From NCBI GenBank assembly GCA_035221665.1, contig CM069134.1, positions 23,250,001-23,314,000 on the forward strand: a stretch of DNA of 64,000 bases. The letters are read 5' to 3'. The notes beneath the pieces are model-generated. The model was not told the origin of the DNA. It saw only the letters and a program-made list of their open reading frames with translations, and did not search any database. The stretch is from Okamejei kenojei (lineage: Eukaryota). Made by a program: the position numbers and the translations under genes. Shown here piece by piece: positions 10,695 to 25,700 of the stretch (position 1 is its first letter; the number at the start of each line of letters is the position of its first letter).

Positions 10695-13600
10695 CTGAAT
10701 AAACAAAAAAATAAGTTGAGAGAAACCATTTTATAAAATAATATTATTCTCCAATAGCTCATCCCTAGTTTACAGACTATAGAAATTTGATATTTAGTAC
10801 AAGGTGGACCAATCCAATTTGAAATATGGATCTAAACACATTAGCCTTTAACATTTTACTGAAGCAATAAGTTAAAAATTGTTACATTATTTATTTTTCC
10901 CCTTAAAGTACATACACACTATTTAATTTATTGATGTGTTATATACTGTAGTCACCTATATAATATTTCTTCAATATAAAACTTTTAATTAACTAGTCTA
11001 TCATACACCAAAAAAACAATTTCCTATAAAATCATACTGTCACAGTACTGATGCATTTGTAATGATCTGGAGCTTCAAGAGCAGTAATCACTCACACAAA
11101 TAACATGGCAACACATCCAAAATACTTCACTTTTCAATACAGGCAGCTCCATAATAAAACAAGAGTCTTAATCCATAATCCACAAGCAAGTCATAATGTA
11201 TATCCCAACAATGTGCAAAGATCAAAATCAAGCTATAATGTGGGTTTTTGTTCCAACAGGCATATGTAATTGTTGAAAAATACAAGACAATTTTATGCTG
11301 TCACCATCTTCCCTACATGTTAGCTAAATGCTAATGCATTCCTTTGCAAAAGTACAGCCCTAACAATGTTCTCCTTAAAAATACACATGAAGAAAACACC
11401 TAGAACTGATGGGTTACCTCTCTTCACTAAATGCTTTCAAAAGGCTTTCAGATGGTAAAGTTGCGGTGGGCTTTTTATTTTCCTTTTACGCACACAGACT
11501 TTCAGTGAATTTGTCAGCGAAAACACGAGAGAAAAGCAAATTATTATAATGCCAACAGGAAAAAAAAAGACTGAGCTCTTCTTTGCTTCACATTTGACCA
11601 AATAAATCAGCTTACTTCAAATTTTCCTTCTGTGAGAGCTCTCAGCAGGTATCTAACAAGCCCTGATTAAGCACCAATCAGGATTCTTCCACATGCTTCA
11701 GCTACTTCAATAGGCATAGAAATATAAATTAATATTTAGTGCATCCAGTCCTACCATCCTTGGGGAAAATCAGTGGCAGTTAATTTTGTTTCCCACTGTA
11801 AAACGTAATGAACACCATTTCAAATACAATTTTGATGTTGTCAGTCCTGGTGGGGTGCCCATCTCTCATCCACTACCTCAATCAACTTCTCTCCTATCTT
11901 TAAAGAAATCATATAAAAGCAGCGATGATGAAAATCCTTCAATCATTTTCTCAAAGCAGGTACTGGAGCCAATATATTTCCTTTAGTTGGAATACAGATG
12001 TAGCCTGTAAAGGCCCTATGACTATTTCACGGGAAGGCACTAAGGCACGGGAAGAAAAGTTAAGGTAAGAAACACATGCTCTCCTTCAGCCTCATTGTCC
12101 TCATTGGACTGCAAATACTGTAGAATGAATGTCATACCTAGATCCCGAGCCTCTGGTTGTTGCAGATCTCCATGTTTGCAGAATGATGGCACTATACACA
12201 CCATCAGGTTGGTCAGCCACTTCAATGCTAACTCCTCATACACAACAAAGGCTTTAAGCAAGATAAAGGAAAGCCCACTGTACACCTTCAGGGACCAATG
12301 TACAGTAATTCCCAAAAATTAAGAAAATTGCCATGTGCAATGTCAATAAGCCAGGATAATGTTGTACCATATAGCCATGAATAAAACAAAATATTTACTG
12401 CCATGAAACACTTGGGGAGCAGAAACTGCTCCGTGTTGTGAACATAATGCTCTAGTATGCAGCAATTTAGGAGATTAATTTAAAACAACTCCTGACTAAA
12501 TAAGGCTTGGGGGATGCACTTTGCTATTAAACATTGAAGAATAGCTGCTTAAATTTTTTGCCCTAATCAAATCTAATCTCTTCAGCTAAGTCAAAGAGGA
12601 AAATGATCAGTTTAAGAGACATCAGAAGATTTACACAGATTGAAAATGAATTAGAATTAGTTTTGCTGTCTAAGATGGGCTAAAATGACAGTCTAATTGC
12701 CTCTGAATTGAATATCATAAAGCTTAGCGTGTAATTTTAATCATTGATGAGCTCCAGGTTAATTATGCTCATGGCTTGCATGCAGCATAAAAAAGCATCT
12801 CTGAAATGAACCTCAACACAAAGACCATGAAAACCTAATAATTTTCTAATTAGTTCACACATGAGCACATTTACCTCTCTCTGCATTTGCCAATTTAGCA
12901 CCAACAATATTTGCATCGGAAATTAGGCTATAGTTTTTGGAGCATTATACAGTGCTCCTAACAGTAACGGAAAGTATCAACAGAATAAGCCAGGCAGCCG
13001 TGAACACCCTTTGAACCTCAAGAATTCACAGCCATAATGGGACGGGTTTTTTTAGTCTGCATTTGGCAACTTTGGACAGAAATAAACTGGATTCAAATGA
13101 TATGTGCTCTTGCCATTTTCAACATAAAGCGGGCTCTGGGTACTTTTTATTCGGTGATCAGGCAGGACCAGACTTGACTATCTCCGCTTGTTAGCACATA
13201 CTGTACATTCACCAATATCCGCCAACACTGAATAATTTACATCGGAAATAAGCTCTAAACATGTTGTACTGTGTTGAGGACTCCTATTTCATTTCATCAT
13301 CTGAAAAAAACACTGAAAAATGTTATGTCTTTGCTGCCTTGCAAATGGTTCTACCCACAATTTCAGAAAGATGCAGGGCAGCAAAATAGTAATGGCATGG
13401 TATAGAATATAGATTAAAAATTCAATTAAGACAATTATTGTTGAGGGTTGGTGGGGTGTGGGGGGGGGGGGGGGGGGGGGGGATAAAATTCTGCATTGTG
13501 TTGAAACAAGCCAAAATGCAGCAGACTATGATTTGTAATATGGCATCTCTCAACACTTCAAGCACTAAATGACTCTGTGGGGAATGTCTCCATGCTTCTG

Positions 13601-16600
13601 GGCAATACATTGCAAATCATTATAAACTGATAAATTATAAAATATGCTATATGCATCTGAACACTGATCTTGATTCCTGCTGTTTGGACATACATGGTTT
13701 ATGCAGACAACCAAACCAAAGCCCTTAATTCTTCTTCAGACAATAGCTGGAGAGACTTTAACATCTAAAAAATCTTAACAAGTATGCTTTTGATGTTTTA
13801 TCTGTAACACATTTGCAAGAGTTAAAATACATGCCACCTTACTTACACACATTTTTTAATCTTGATCTATAATCCTAAATTAATGCTTATATCTATTCCT
13901 TACATTGTTCTAATCAAATTTTTATAATAACAAAATTTATAATTTTCATTACAAACAACTGACTTTCACCTGTGATTGAATTGCTGACTTCTCTCTTCCT
14001 CCTTAGCAAATACAGGTTGAATGGCTACGAGCAAAATAATCGATACTCCTACACTAAGATTAACTGACAAAAAGTGTACATGTTAAACAATAGGGCAATG
14101 GCTCTGCACTGAATGAATGTTCAGTTCCCATTGGAACAAAGAACTAGAATCACAAATGCCAATTATACCTCTGTTTTTAATTGAGATTGTCCCAGCCTTC
14201 TTCTCTTTTCCAGTGAGACACTGTTTGAGAAGTGATTAAAAAGAATGTGATCTGATCAAGGGAAGAGAATAATGGGAGGAATGCGAGGTTTGCCACACTG
14301 TTAAGTGCTGGGAAAAAAAAAAAGGCCAATAGGTTTCTTGGCCTTTTGTTTTTCCATCTGCTGTTTAGTTCCTTTATTTAACTTCAATTATTTACTTGCA
14401 GTGTTAGGGGCAGGTTAAAAGTTAGCCACATAAAACACCAGTTTGACTCACGTAAAGTTACAATTTACATAACTCTCTTAAAACCAAACACAATTATGCC
14501 AGAATTATATCAAGTTTCCTAAAGGTCATCACTGCCTCTGCTGTGGCCTTTTCCCCCCCATACCAAATCCGCTATCAATATGCCACACCAAGTTAGGCAA
14601 AGACAAAAGAGAGGATCAGTGTGAAAACTGCACATATATCTAATCCTGACAAAGGAATGAATAGACCTTCACAAGTGTAATTATACTTGTTTATTTGTTG
14701 CCAGATACAAACGACTGATGAAAAATCCATCAAAGCAGACGGACACCGAGCCCTTTCCTTGCTGAAGCCACATTTCGATTCCAGTCAATGTTTTTTAAAA
14801 AGTAAAGTTCAAACTTTTCCCTTGATTTTTGATAATTGTTTGACACAAAATGCAGTGTTATTAGGTACATTCACAAAATACCCTTCCTGGGTTGTAACCT
14901 CCTTTACTCTTTTTGCAGAATCCATGCCCAGAAGCTGCATGAGTGGGGTACATGGTTTGCTGGTCATGGATTGTGAAGAATTAAACAGCTTTTTGCTGCC
15001 CTCATCTTTAGCATGTGTTTCAATACAGGTACCATATTTTACATAAAAGGCAATAATTATGTTAGATTACTTCAGCTTTTCCTATCTAAAGTAATGGTCA
15101 ACAATTGTCAACTTGTGTTCAGTTGAATGAATCCTCCTTTATATTCTCAGTCTACTGGCCATCATCATTCAGAACATTTGAAGTTGCACAGAGGATATCA
15201 TCAGCCACATGTTCTCGTAGTCTATGTTAACCCATGTGATGGAGATTTTTCATGATATCCCTATTGCACACTTACATAAACAAATTTACAGTGTAGCAAG
15301 CCAGCAGCTTATTGCATTACTGATATAGAAAATGTGGCTCTTTTAACTCATGCTATTTTAACACATAATATGTGTTTTCAAAAACTAAGATGTTTCTTGG
15401 TCATTGAATACAACATATTTCTGTAATTATCCAACCACAGAAAACATTTTTTTTTCTGAGAAACTACACATTCTTTCACTATCTAAAAGGAACAATTAAG
15501 GTAAAACAATCTGCATAGCTAATGTATTAGTGGGCTCTCCAATTTAAAACAGAAAAGCTGTAATTTTTTTTTGCTGGCAATCTGGAAACACTCTGGAGTT
15601 AATTACAGCTGATTTGAAGTGAACCGCACAAACAAAGGGCAGCCTATGTCCAGACAATTATACTGCATTAACCAGCTTAGAGCTTCCTGCTGATGTTTCA
15701 GGGCTCTTCTATTACACCCTTCTACCTTCCCAGCACGATAGAAAGTGCTCCTGCAAGGATGAATTAATGAAGAGAACTGCAAAAGAATGTGTGACGACCC
15801 TTTTTGACTTGGCAAAAACTTTCTGCCCAAGTCACCACAAAGACGCGGAAGGTAACTAAGTTTGAATGGAAGACTGAAACAAAATATACATCTGTCTTGT
15901 AAAAGGTGATGAAATTAAACATAAAGATTTCAAAGAAAAATAACTGTACAAACATAGATAAATAAAGGGAATATTTGTATCTTTATGCTACCTAGCCTGT
16001 CGAAGTTTGTCTTTGATAATGTTCTGCTCTTGATTAATCAAGCCAGTTGTTCTGCACCAATAATCAGTTAACATGTGACATTTGCAACTTTGATATGACT
16101 ATCTCTACATATTTAATTCTAAGAATAAATGTAGCTTTTGGGTGTGCTGGAAGTAAAGTAAATGACATCTGATTATACCATTTATAAATTACAATTGTGA
16201 TCCAACATATTTTATTACAACCTACTTTTCTTTTAAGTAAGCAATGAATTGCCACACAAAATAATCCACTGCCAGGATATTAACGTGGTCTTTCCATTCA
16301 TAAAGGTACAACAAGTCACAGTGTAACATACTATGCTAACACAAACACTGTCTTGCAGCGACTTTTCCTGTATCTTGTCTCATATGTCTGAAGTTCAATA
16401 GTTGTTACGACATCGCTGCCATTAGAAATCTTCTATCTCTTTCACCTCATGTAGTTGGTGCAACAGACAAACTGGCTGCTCTTATTAACTATCCAATGTT
16501 TCCTCAATGTAGAATATACAGCATTTTCAGCATAAAATCGGTAGCACGGGCTGTCATTTTTAAAAAAGTGGATTAACAATGTTGAGATAAATCTGTAAAA

Positions 16601-18499
16601 AGATTTACATTTTGAGGAAGTAATATGGTATTATCCTTACATGTAAAAACCAATACAAGTATTTTTGAGTGTGCTGTTTTCATCTTCCTCTTCTTCTAGC
16701 GCCAAACCCTTTAACTGAATTGATCAACATCCCAAATTATCTTTAGTTTGAAGTATTGGAGTGTTATACACAAAGGGCGGGATAAGGTTGGTAACCAGAC
16801 TTTGTCTGATATGTGAAGAAATCGGAATCAGGACCTGAATGGAAAGTGTAGAACCCTTGCTGCTGGTCTGCTTTTGATATGGGGAAGGGGTATACAGCAG
16901 AATTGGGCACAGATGAAATGGATGGATTTCCATGTGTCTCTAACAGTCTCATGTACATTAACCACCCTCCCTTTGTCTCATCCATGCGAAGAAGGATTAG
17001 ATTAAAAATGATGACTGGTTAATCCCTTTGATTTCCCTGTGCTAAATAAATATTAATCTATAAGTCAATCACATCTTAAATTATAATGCAAGCTGTACAC
17101 AATATGAAAGTACTGCATACTGCAGGAGCTTTTACAAACATTCAACTGAGCATAACATCATTCGTTTACCCCTTAACAAGACAAAATTGTTCCTGATCAG
17201 GATTCAATTCAATAAAGTTAGCAATTCAGATTCAGATATACAAATTAACCCAAATCCCTGCTGCCATTGCAAATCAAGAGCATGGGTACAGTACACTATT
17301 CTGGACTACTAATGAACAATTATTAATGCCATGTTTATTTAAGACTCAATACTCAGAATCTGTAATTTCACTTTACTTCAGCCCCTCATAAACACTGAGA
17401 GGCCACTTGGATCACTTTGAAGGACAACGCAGGCAATAAGTGAGAAAACTGCTGTCTCCCTGCTTTTAATTTGCGCAGTTTTCCAGTTACAACAGGTTTT
17501 GACATTTTCACTCAGAGTTATTTATGTCCATAACAGATCCCGATATAATTATTAGGTAATTTATTTCCAGTGATGGCTCCTCCTAGAGAGCCACCTAACC
17601 AGAATCGCCATAAATGTTAAGAGTTCAAAGCTGATCTGCCACAGATCCTGCTTCAAGGCTAGTTCTACTGTAATTGTCTTCATAAAGCGTAATCACAGAC
17701 CAGGTACCCAAGTGAGCATTCCAGAGCTATTAGCAAAATTTTAGCAGCAAAATCTTTCGTGAATAAAGATAGGTGTAACTGGAATATGGGAGCTGAACTT
17801 TGTTATTAAAAAGGTTATTCATTTACGTTGATATATATAGGTTCTGTTCGCGATTAGAGCTATAGTGTGATCTGCAAAACTACTGTCGCCATTCTCAATT
17901 CGAATAGTCCTCAGGAAAATGATCATGCACTGAATTATTATTTTTTTAATGTAAGCACAGCACTACAAAAGTTTAAAAATGACACTTCCCTATAGATGCT
18001 TAAGCCAGTAAAACTATGCGAATGAAGCGTGCCATTTATTCTAAAACTGAAATGACAAACAGGAAAAACACATAGGAAATGAACTCGAGTTGTTTTGTGA
18101 AAGTTATACTCAAAAGCACTAAACATAAATAGACCCCCCCCCCTCCCCCCCAAATGATGGTTCAAATATGTATACTGTTTGTATATTAAACTTTAACGCT
18201 GTTTGGGCCGAAGGGAATCAAAGAATTAACTGCATTCAGTGATAAACAATTACCTCACTCTCCAAATGGCATTCTGCTTAAATGTTAGCGCTTACTATGC
18301 AACAGCCGAACAACATCCAACTTCAAGTTGCAATTAAAACTACTTTCGTCAGAATGTTTTGAATGCTGAGTTCTTCATGTATGCATTGGATTTCAGATTG
18401 GTTTCATCCTACACATTTTCAAGGGACTTGGCTTACTTTCTGCCATGGATTTTCTCTCCTTCCCTGAAGGCAATACGTCCTTCATGGAGAATGATTCCA

Positions 18500-19420
18500 T
18501 TCACCCTCTGGTACTTTTCCCAAGTTGCCACCACTCGTGGAAGTCTTGTCAGAAGCGGCAACCTGCCATTCCTTCGCGTGGAGCCGCGCAGTTGAACCCG
18601 ACACTGCCCTCATTCAGTATCCCACACATACGTCAATTTCAGCAAGGGACAAGGCTGGAGACCAGGCAGAAACAGGAGCCCCGGCAGTAGTCCTCCCCTC
18701 TAACCTGATTGCACAGGCTAGGCGTGTAACCCCCAGCGGTCCGCCAGCAGACTCCACGCAGACCAAGTGCTGAGTCCAAGCTTTATCCCCTGCCCGCTCC
18801 AGCGGCCGGCTTCCTTGGAATGCGTGTGTTGTGTCTCTCTCGGACGCCTGCCACAACTTTGGTAACTGATCCGTGGATTCCGTTGAAATTACGGCGGAGA
18901 ATTCCGCGGAAACTCCGTCGCGTCATGAAGCGGCGGATTTCGTTTTGAATCACCTTCTCTGCATTCCCGTGCGGGCATCACGAATTGTTACCTTTCACAT
19001 AAGCACCTCATTCTCTTTAGTTGCACCGTTCCGAGCTCTCTCAAAAATTCAGAGTGCGACCAAGCTTCTGAACCATTGGCTGCAATCTCCGCTACAAAAG
19101 AGAAATGACTAATTGATGTTGCAGCGATTTATATTTTCTGAGGTTGCAAACTACTTCAACGCGCCAGTTTCTCGGAGGAACACAACACGCGACTGAAGTG
19201 AAACTCTCACGCCCCAACAGCTCTTGAAGCAGCATCGTCTAACTGGTGTGATGAAATACACAATGATGAGGAAAGTGCCGCCTTCCGATGGGCTCCTCCA
19301 GAAATGGACAATTATTAACACAACCTACCCTTCCTCCGACAGCAAAGAACGACAAGAGTCAATCGCAAGCTGGACCCGCACTGTCTGCGGGACAAGCGGC
19401 CACTGTTACAACTTACAATA
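18500..19420. promoter_or_regulatory. Intronic CpG island in intron 1
   Basis: Local rise in GC and CpG (e.g. cgcgtggagccgcgc, ccgcggaaactccgtcgcg) against an AT-rich, CpG-poor intron. Confidence 0.55.
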
Positions 19421-22400
19421 TTCAATTCCATAATAAATATTGATGATTGATTTAATGGGATGCTTTATTGGCATAAGGGAGCATCCTAAACTTTATTTTA
19501 CTAATCATTTGTGGGGGGCGGGGGGGAGAATGAAAAATAGAAAGGTGATTCTTTTTATTAAAGCTACACATGCAGTCAAAGATAAAATGAGATGACACCC
19601 TCGAGGTCTCGGGCTGATTATTTTAGGGGCTGTGTTACTCTACGCACAAAAGTAAAGCATCGGAATGAACAACTTTAGCGCATCAGTGTTGTTAGTTGTA
19701 TTAGAGCGATTAGCAAGGTTTAGTTGTCATTATAATGAAGGCAAATGATTAGTGAGGACAGCAGCTGAGGACTTCATCACCGCAACAAGAGTTAAAGTTT
19801 ATGACAAGACAGTACCTAAAGCAGGATGTTTGATTAGGTTTCAGGTTTAAGTGCAAACAGACAATAAATGGCTGTAATTAACAACGCATCAGGACATTCA
19901 ATATTAATTGTACAGCCAAGAAACGCTTAAAAACTGCAGTTCTTTGCGTTGACAATATTTCTGCTATTATTTTAAGTGAGAATGTTATAAAAATTACTAA
20001 AGTCATTGGAAATCTTCCGGGCAGAAAAAATAATTCAACATTAATATTGATGGTTTTCAATACATTTATTTATTTTTTTAAAAAGGAAATCTCCTGAAGG
20101 AACCACAATGATAGATTTAACCAAGATGGCTTCTTCTAGTCTGAAGTATTTACAGAAATTGCAATATTGTTATTTGGATTTGAACTTGATATTTCTTTCT
20201 GAATCATAATCTAATTATTCAACAATGAAGAAAAGCAGAAAAGGGTTCTATTTTTAACTCATTATACCTTTCAAAACATATATTGCCAGACAACAATCGA
20301 GCTTCTTTTCCGATAAAGTCAGTTGATTTTGGTTCCTCTTAAGGAATGATCTATTTGTCTTTGAGCTGTAAGAGTTAATATTGATATAATAAACAATTGC
20401 TCTGAATTTTGCAACAATATTTATAACCTTGAACCATGTGAACATTTCTTGGGAGTATTTCATTCAGGGTCTGTGCATCTGCCATATCAATTATTGAACC
20501 GTTTTTATTAAGCAAACTGTCAACACAATGGCAAAACAGTGAAATTAGCTATAGTTTAGAAATTATATTTTAAAATGCCCTTGAATTGTCTAAAATACAT
20601 GGAAACAGAATTCTCCTCTGCAAATCCACAGTTTACACTTAACTGCCTTAAAGACTGCATTTTTATATTTAATTTATTTGCACTGTTAAGTTATCGCTGA
20701 AGTCTAATGTCACAACCCCATCTTTATCCTTTCGAATCCTACTTTATCAAATGTTACCATCTTGAGAATATATAATCTCAAGTTTACTAACCCTGCATCT
20801 CCCCAGAGCTCCATTTATGCTGGGCCCGAACACTGCACAAAAGTAGCACTGAAAGGCCTTTTGCCCCCTTTGGTACTCACAGACTCATTGGTCTTGACAT
20901 TTTCACTTCATCCATGACAAATGATCTCATGACTGCGATCAGATTGCACAAGATGACCACTTTATCCACAACTAAATCATTAGCTTCCATCAGTGCATTT
21001 TCCTGATGTGCACAAAGATTCCATCCCATTAGCACTCATATCATCATTTTCCAAGATTCCGATTTTTTTTTTGATGTTGCCTTTAAAATAATGCTCATTG
21101 GCTGATAATACCTGCACATATATGCAATATCTGCTGAGACCTTTCCACTTTAGATCAGACAGGATATGAGAAGACTACTTAGTAAGTGCTTCTCAAGGGA
21201 TTTCAGTGACTCTACTCAACCTCTGCCCCACTGTAAACAGTGCTGCAGATATCTCGTCTGTTGTGTATCCTTCCCTTGTTTCAGGGAAAAGACGGTGGTG
21301 GGGTTAGGGGGTTGTTGGTGATGGGCTTTGGAAATCGGAAGGTAGATTACATTGTACTGCATTACTGTAACGTTTCCTTGCATTTTATACCCAACTGCTT
21401 AGACAAACAGGAGTTGTCAATTTTACACACTTTGATACCAATGACAAATATTTACACTGCGAATGTCAATTAAATGACAGAACAGTTGGATTTTCAATAT
21501 ACAGATCAGAAACCCAAGCCTAATCAAAATTACTAATGATTAACTCATCTTACAATAAAAAACCTTGATGTTGAGGTGGAAAGAATCTACTTTTATTTTC
21601 ACCCTGTCAATTCATGTTTGACTTAGGGCTCAGCTACAAGATGACACCTTCAAAAGTGGAGTTGACCTTCTCCTCTGTGAAGTAGTATATATGGTGGGGG
21701 CAACACTTCAAGTGATGTTCTTATTGGCACCTGCCCCTTCTTATTGGCCCAAGGACAAAGCGAAGTGGCATGTGAAGCCTGGTTCATGAATAAATCGAGG
21801 TGAGCTGGAGAAAGTGCTCCCTGTGATTTGCTTGTTGACAGCAAGCACTTAAATGGGCCTCTATGACCAACAACACTTGGCAGAGCTTAATGACTCCAGC
21901 TTTGCAACCTGCATCATTTCAGCAAAAGAACACCCTTACCATTCTTTTATACTACTTCAAAACCTAAAGATCTGTACCAACACAGTGCTTGCCCTGTCTA
22001 TTGTGTCAGGTAATTGCTGGCACCCTTTATGTGCTGGGCATGGAAATTGAAAATCTGCATATTATGCTCGTCTGGTTAAAGAAATTACCTCTTTGTAAAA
22101 TCTACAACTCTCGCAAGAACAAATACAAACATTTAATTGTATCCAAGATGGAAAGTGAATAAACTGATGAGGGAAACATTGAATAGATTGGATGGTGCCT
22201 TTCATGAAGTATAAATTTCTGCATATATGTCATGTCCGAATATGTCAAGCTTTTTCTTGTACCATCGGCAAAATAAATTCCAATGAATTATGTAGTTCTA
22301 ATATCCCATCAAACTACTTCATACAGACTTTATCATTCAACAGCTGTGGATGAACCTCGATATATATTATGTTAATTGTTGTAACCTCATGCCACCTTTT

Positions 22401-22619
22401 AAAACTTTTTGTATTATTACAGGTCACCTGAGAAAACATCTACTATACATACGAGCAGATTATATCTTATACATACACATTGTGTGTATTTTGCGACAGC
22501 TTTTTAATCTTAGAGAGAAGTGCTTTCCCCAACTATCTCACCAAGATACACTATATGCTTATATCATTTGCATTGGATATCACTTAACGTTTGCCATTTT
22601 ACATTGAATAGATCATAGG

Positions 22620-22702
22620 TCTCTCTCTCTCTCGCTCCTCTCTCTCACACGCATACACATGCACACATACTTTCACTCATACACGCACCCACACACACAC
22701 AC
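22620..22702. repeat. Compound (CT)n/(CA)n microsatellite
   Basis: Visible dinucleotide runs. Confidence 0.85.
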
Positions 22703-25700
22703 AGTTAATTCCGATATGGTTCTTCAGCTGAAATGGGAATTTCATGTTGACAGCATTGTTTGGGTGAAGAAGGCTCCACCCATTTAAAACTTTGAATCAT
22801 TCCTTGTAAACAAAATGTGAATTGGTGTTGAGCAAATATTTTGAAAAAAAGTTCCCAACAAATTAGAATTAAATGAAACATTAGCATATCTGGAATGGCT
22901 TGCTTCCAATGAGATAATGAAATTATTTAAAAAATGTATTCCAAGGAGATAATTAAATTATTTAAAAAATGCAATATTCCTATAATTTTTGATCCTCCAT
23001 TATGGATTTAATCATGCGTTTGGATCTTATATTGCAAATAATGGCATTAGTATAGTTAGATATTCCAAATATTACAGCAAAATTGTTCAGAAATATGTGC
23101 ATTTCAATTAAAGGAAATGTTTAACAATTATGATCCCTCTCACTCCTGTGAAAGGCTGCTTTCAGTGTGGTTTATTGAGAAACTGTTATTCTATATAGTT
23201 CAAGCTGATACATTCCCCACCAAATATGTCATTAAACAAGTACTAGTAATTTGTGATTTTGTGATATTGGCAATTCTTTGTTCATCTCTGTAACAGTCTA
23301 AAGCTGAACCTAATGAATTGATACATTTATTGTTATAGAGTATTTCAAATAACTTATTCTGTTTTTTCATTCATTCTAAAAAAAATCATTCATTATAGAT
23401 AAATGCTGCAAAATAGATTAGAATGATTATCTTTTCTATAAAAAGGTTGTTTTATTTTGAATGGTTTGAAAATATGATTTAAGCAGATCTCTCCATAAGA
23501 AAATATGGTATATCAAGATTGCACAAGTCTGTAACAGAAGCTAACTATATACTAATAATAACTGTCAATTTCATATTCCATCTAAGGTTGTTTATTTTCC
23601 TGCCAGTGTGCCAATACACTCACTATTTCATAAGCCAATAAAATATAAACATATCAATAGTGGAAAATACTTAATGCTTCCTATCTCCACCTGTACTGCT
23701 AATCGGAGTAATTCTAAAGCACACAGATGTTATACTTTGCAATTTTAACACAGCATGGCTAAAATGAAACTGATAAGAGTACCTTGAGGCAGCTTGATTG
23801 TTTCAAGCTATTTTGTGAATCAAAATAAATCTAATAACCATGTCACATTAAGTTGCTAATTACCACTTTTTAACATAGGAGTTTCGCTCATAATGTTACA
23901 ATTGCATTTGTATAGTCTGTCCAAAAGACTTACTGGATTATTTCAAGTCTTACAATTATTATTTTAGCAATTTAAAGTCACTTAGCTATTTCTCCTCTAT
24001 GCTTCAGAACAGGGGCAAATTGTAACCAGCTACTAACCTGCCTGTCAATTCTGCAGAGACTGGAAATGTGCCAATTACAGCACATGACAGTTTATTAAAT
24101 GTGTTTAACACAATTATAAAATATGCCAATCTTTAGAGAAATAGAATATATCACATTTTTGCGTGTTAAAAAACATACACAAATTAAAGTAGCGATATGC
24201 TGTTATTTGTGATTTGACTTTATGACATTAAAAGTCGGTTGAATCTTTTTCAGCTTAAGTAATTTTGCATTAAAAATTAACCTGACCAGACCTTTATTCA
24301 AATGACAAATATGTGCATATAGAAGTTTTGTGAACTGCCAGCAAACAATAGGGGTCAATAGCTGATCGTCTATGTCTACACTTGTTTGTGGCCTGAAAAT
24401 GTTACTTATTACAGCCTAAATCCTTTTGAAACCTATTAAAGGGATAAGTAAACAGGAAAAATGTCTCATTTAATGTTGTCAAAAATTGCACCTATTGGTC
24501 TTCACTTTCTAAATGACTAAAAAAAACACTCATCACTTTGAAAGCTGTGAACTAATAAAAAGTAATTTTATTTAAATGATATCCCTGGGAGAGATTTTAA
24601 TTTAAGTGTTTAAAAATAATTCACAGCATAACAAATTGATCAGCTAACAAAGACTTATTTACAAGATTATCAATCTTTATGGTTCTGCAATATTACTTGT
24701 AACCTCTATGGGGGAAAAAAATTACCACAGAAAATAGTTGAACCTGGTCAATATTTGGTCTGTGACATGCCTGGCATGTTCATGTAACTCTCTTGTATAC
24801 AAACCTTTGTTTATCAGCCCAAGCTTCACCATTATCATACATATTACTTCACAAGATGAGAGAATCCAAGGGAATTCCACAAACTGCTGAAATATGAGAC
24901 TATACTTGTTTTCTCAAGTCCTGGACAAATACATCTTTAAAGTGAGCTGAGGATTTGGGAGGGGGGGGGGGGGGGGGGGGGGGGAAGAGCCTGCGTTTTC
25001 ATCTTCCTTTCATCTTAGTCACTCAGTCAACCATTCACTCTGCCATTCAACAGTACTTTTCATTATGTAAAATAATGCTAATCCTTTTCCGATGCTTTCA
25101 CACTTCTATAAACCTCCATTTCTCCAACTGAAAAGCAATTATATCAGTTTACGTTTCTGTCAAAAAAACAGGATTAATTCTGGAAGAGCAGAATCTCTTC
25201 CTTTTTTCATATTCTGTTATCAGAACCTAGAGAGATTATTAGTGAAGGTATTTTCACAATGCAAAGCTACACTTGCTTTTAAGCTGTGGTTTAATTGGTC
25301 AAAGAAAAACAGCTTTAGTTACTGCGGAAACCCTTTTTCAGCAACAGAAGTGACCTTTCCTTGCTAAGGTCTGAATAGAATGAACCTGAAACTGGTCTAT
25401 TAATCAGAAACAAATTATGAAAGAATGCAGCTGGTCTGGTTGACACCACACTGTCTTAGGATGCACAGTAAAAGCTTAGTAACAATGTCCTCTTCATGGG
25501 TAATGAAGAACCATGACAAATGAGACAGAAAAACTATTCGTTTGCATATGCAAATTCCTATACAAAGGAAACATGTGCAAACAAGTGTCGTTGTAAGGTG
25601 GATTAGGCAAACAAGGCTTTCTTTTAGGACACTCTGCAGCCCTGAACATTAGTCAGCACAATTAACCCAGTTACCATGGGGACTAATGAAATTTTACCAT

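Noticed and set aside
8132-10736. Short ORFs overlapping exon 2 on both strands
   Set aside because: Shadow ORFs of the ZFHX4 coding sequence with no independent signal.
13459-13482. Poly-G run (also 24961-24984)
   Set aside because: Homopolymers of unreliable length; G4 potential is trivial and unsupported.
22911-22972. ~35-bp AT-rich tandem duplication
   Set aside because: Likely slippage duplication; no functional sign.
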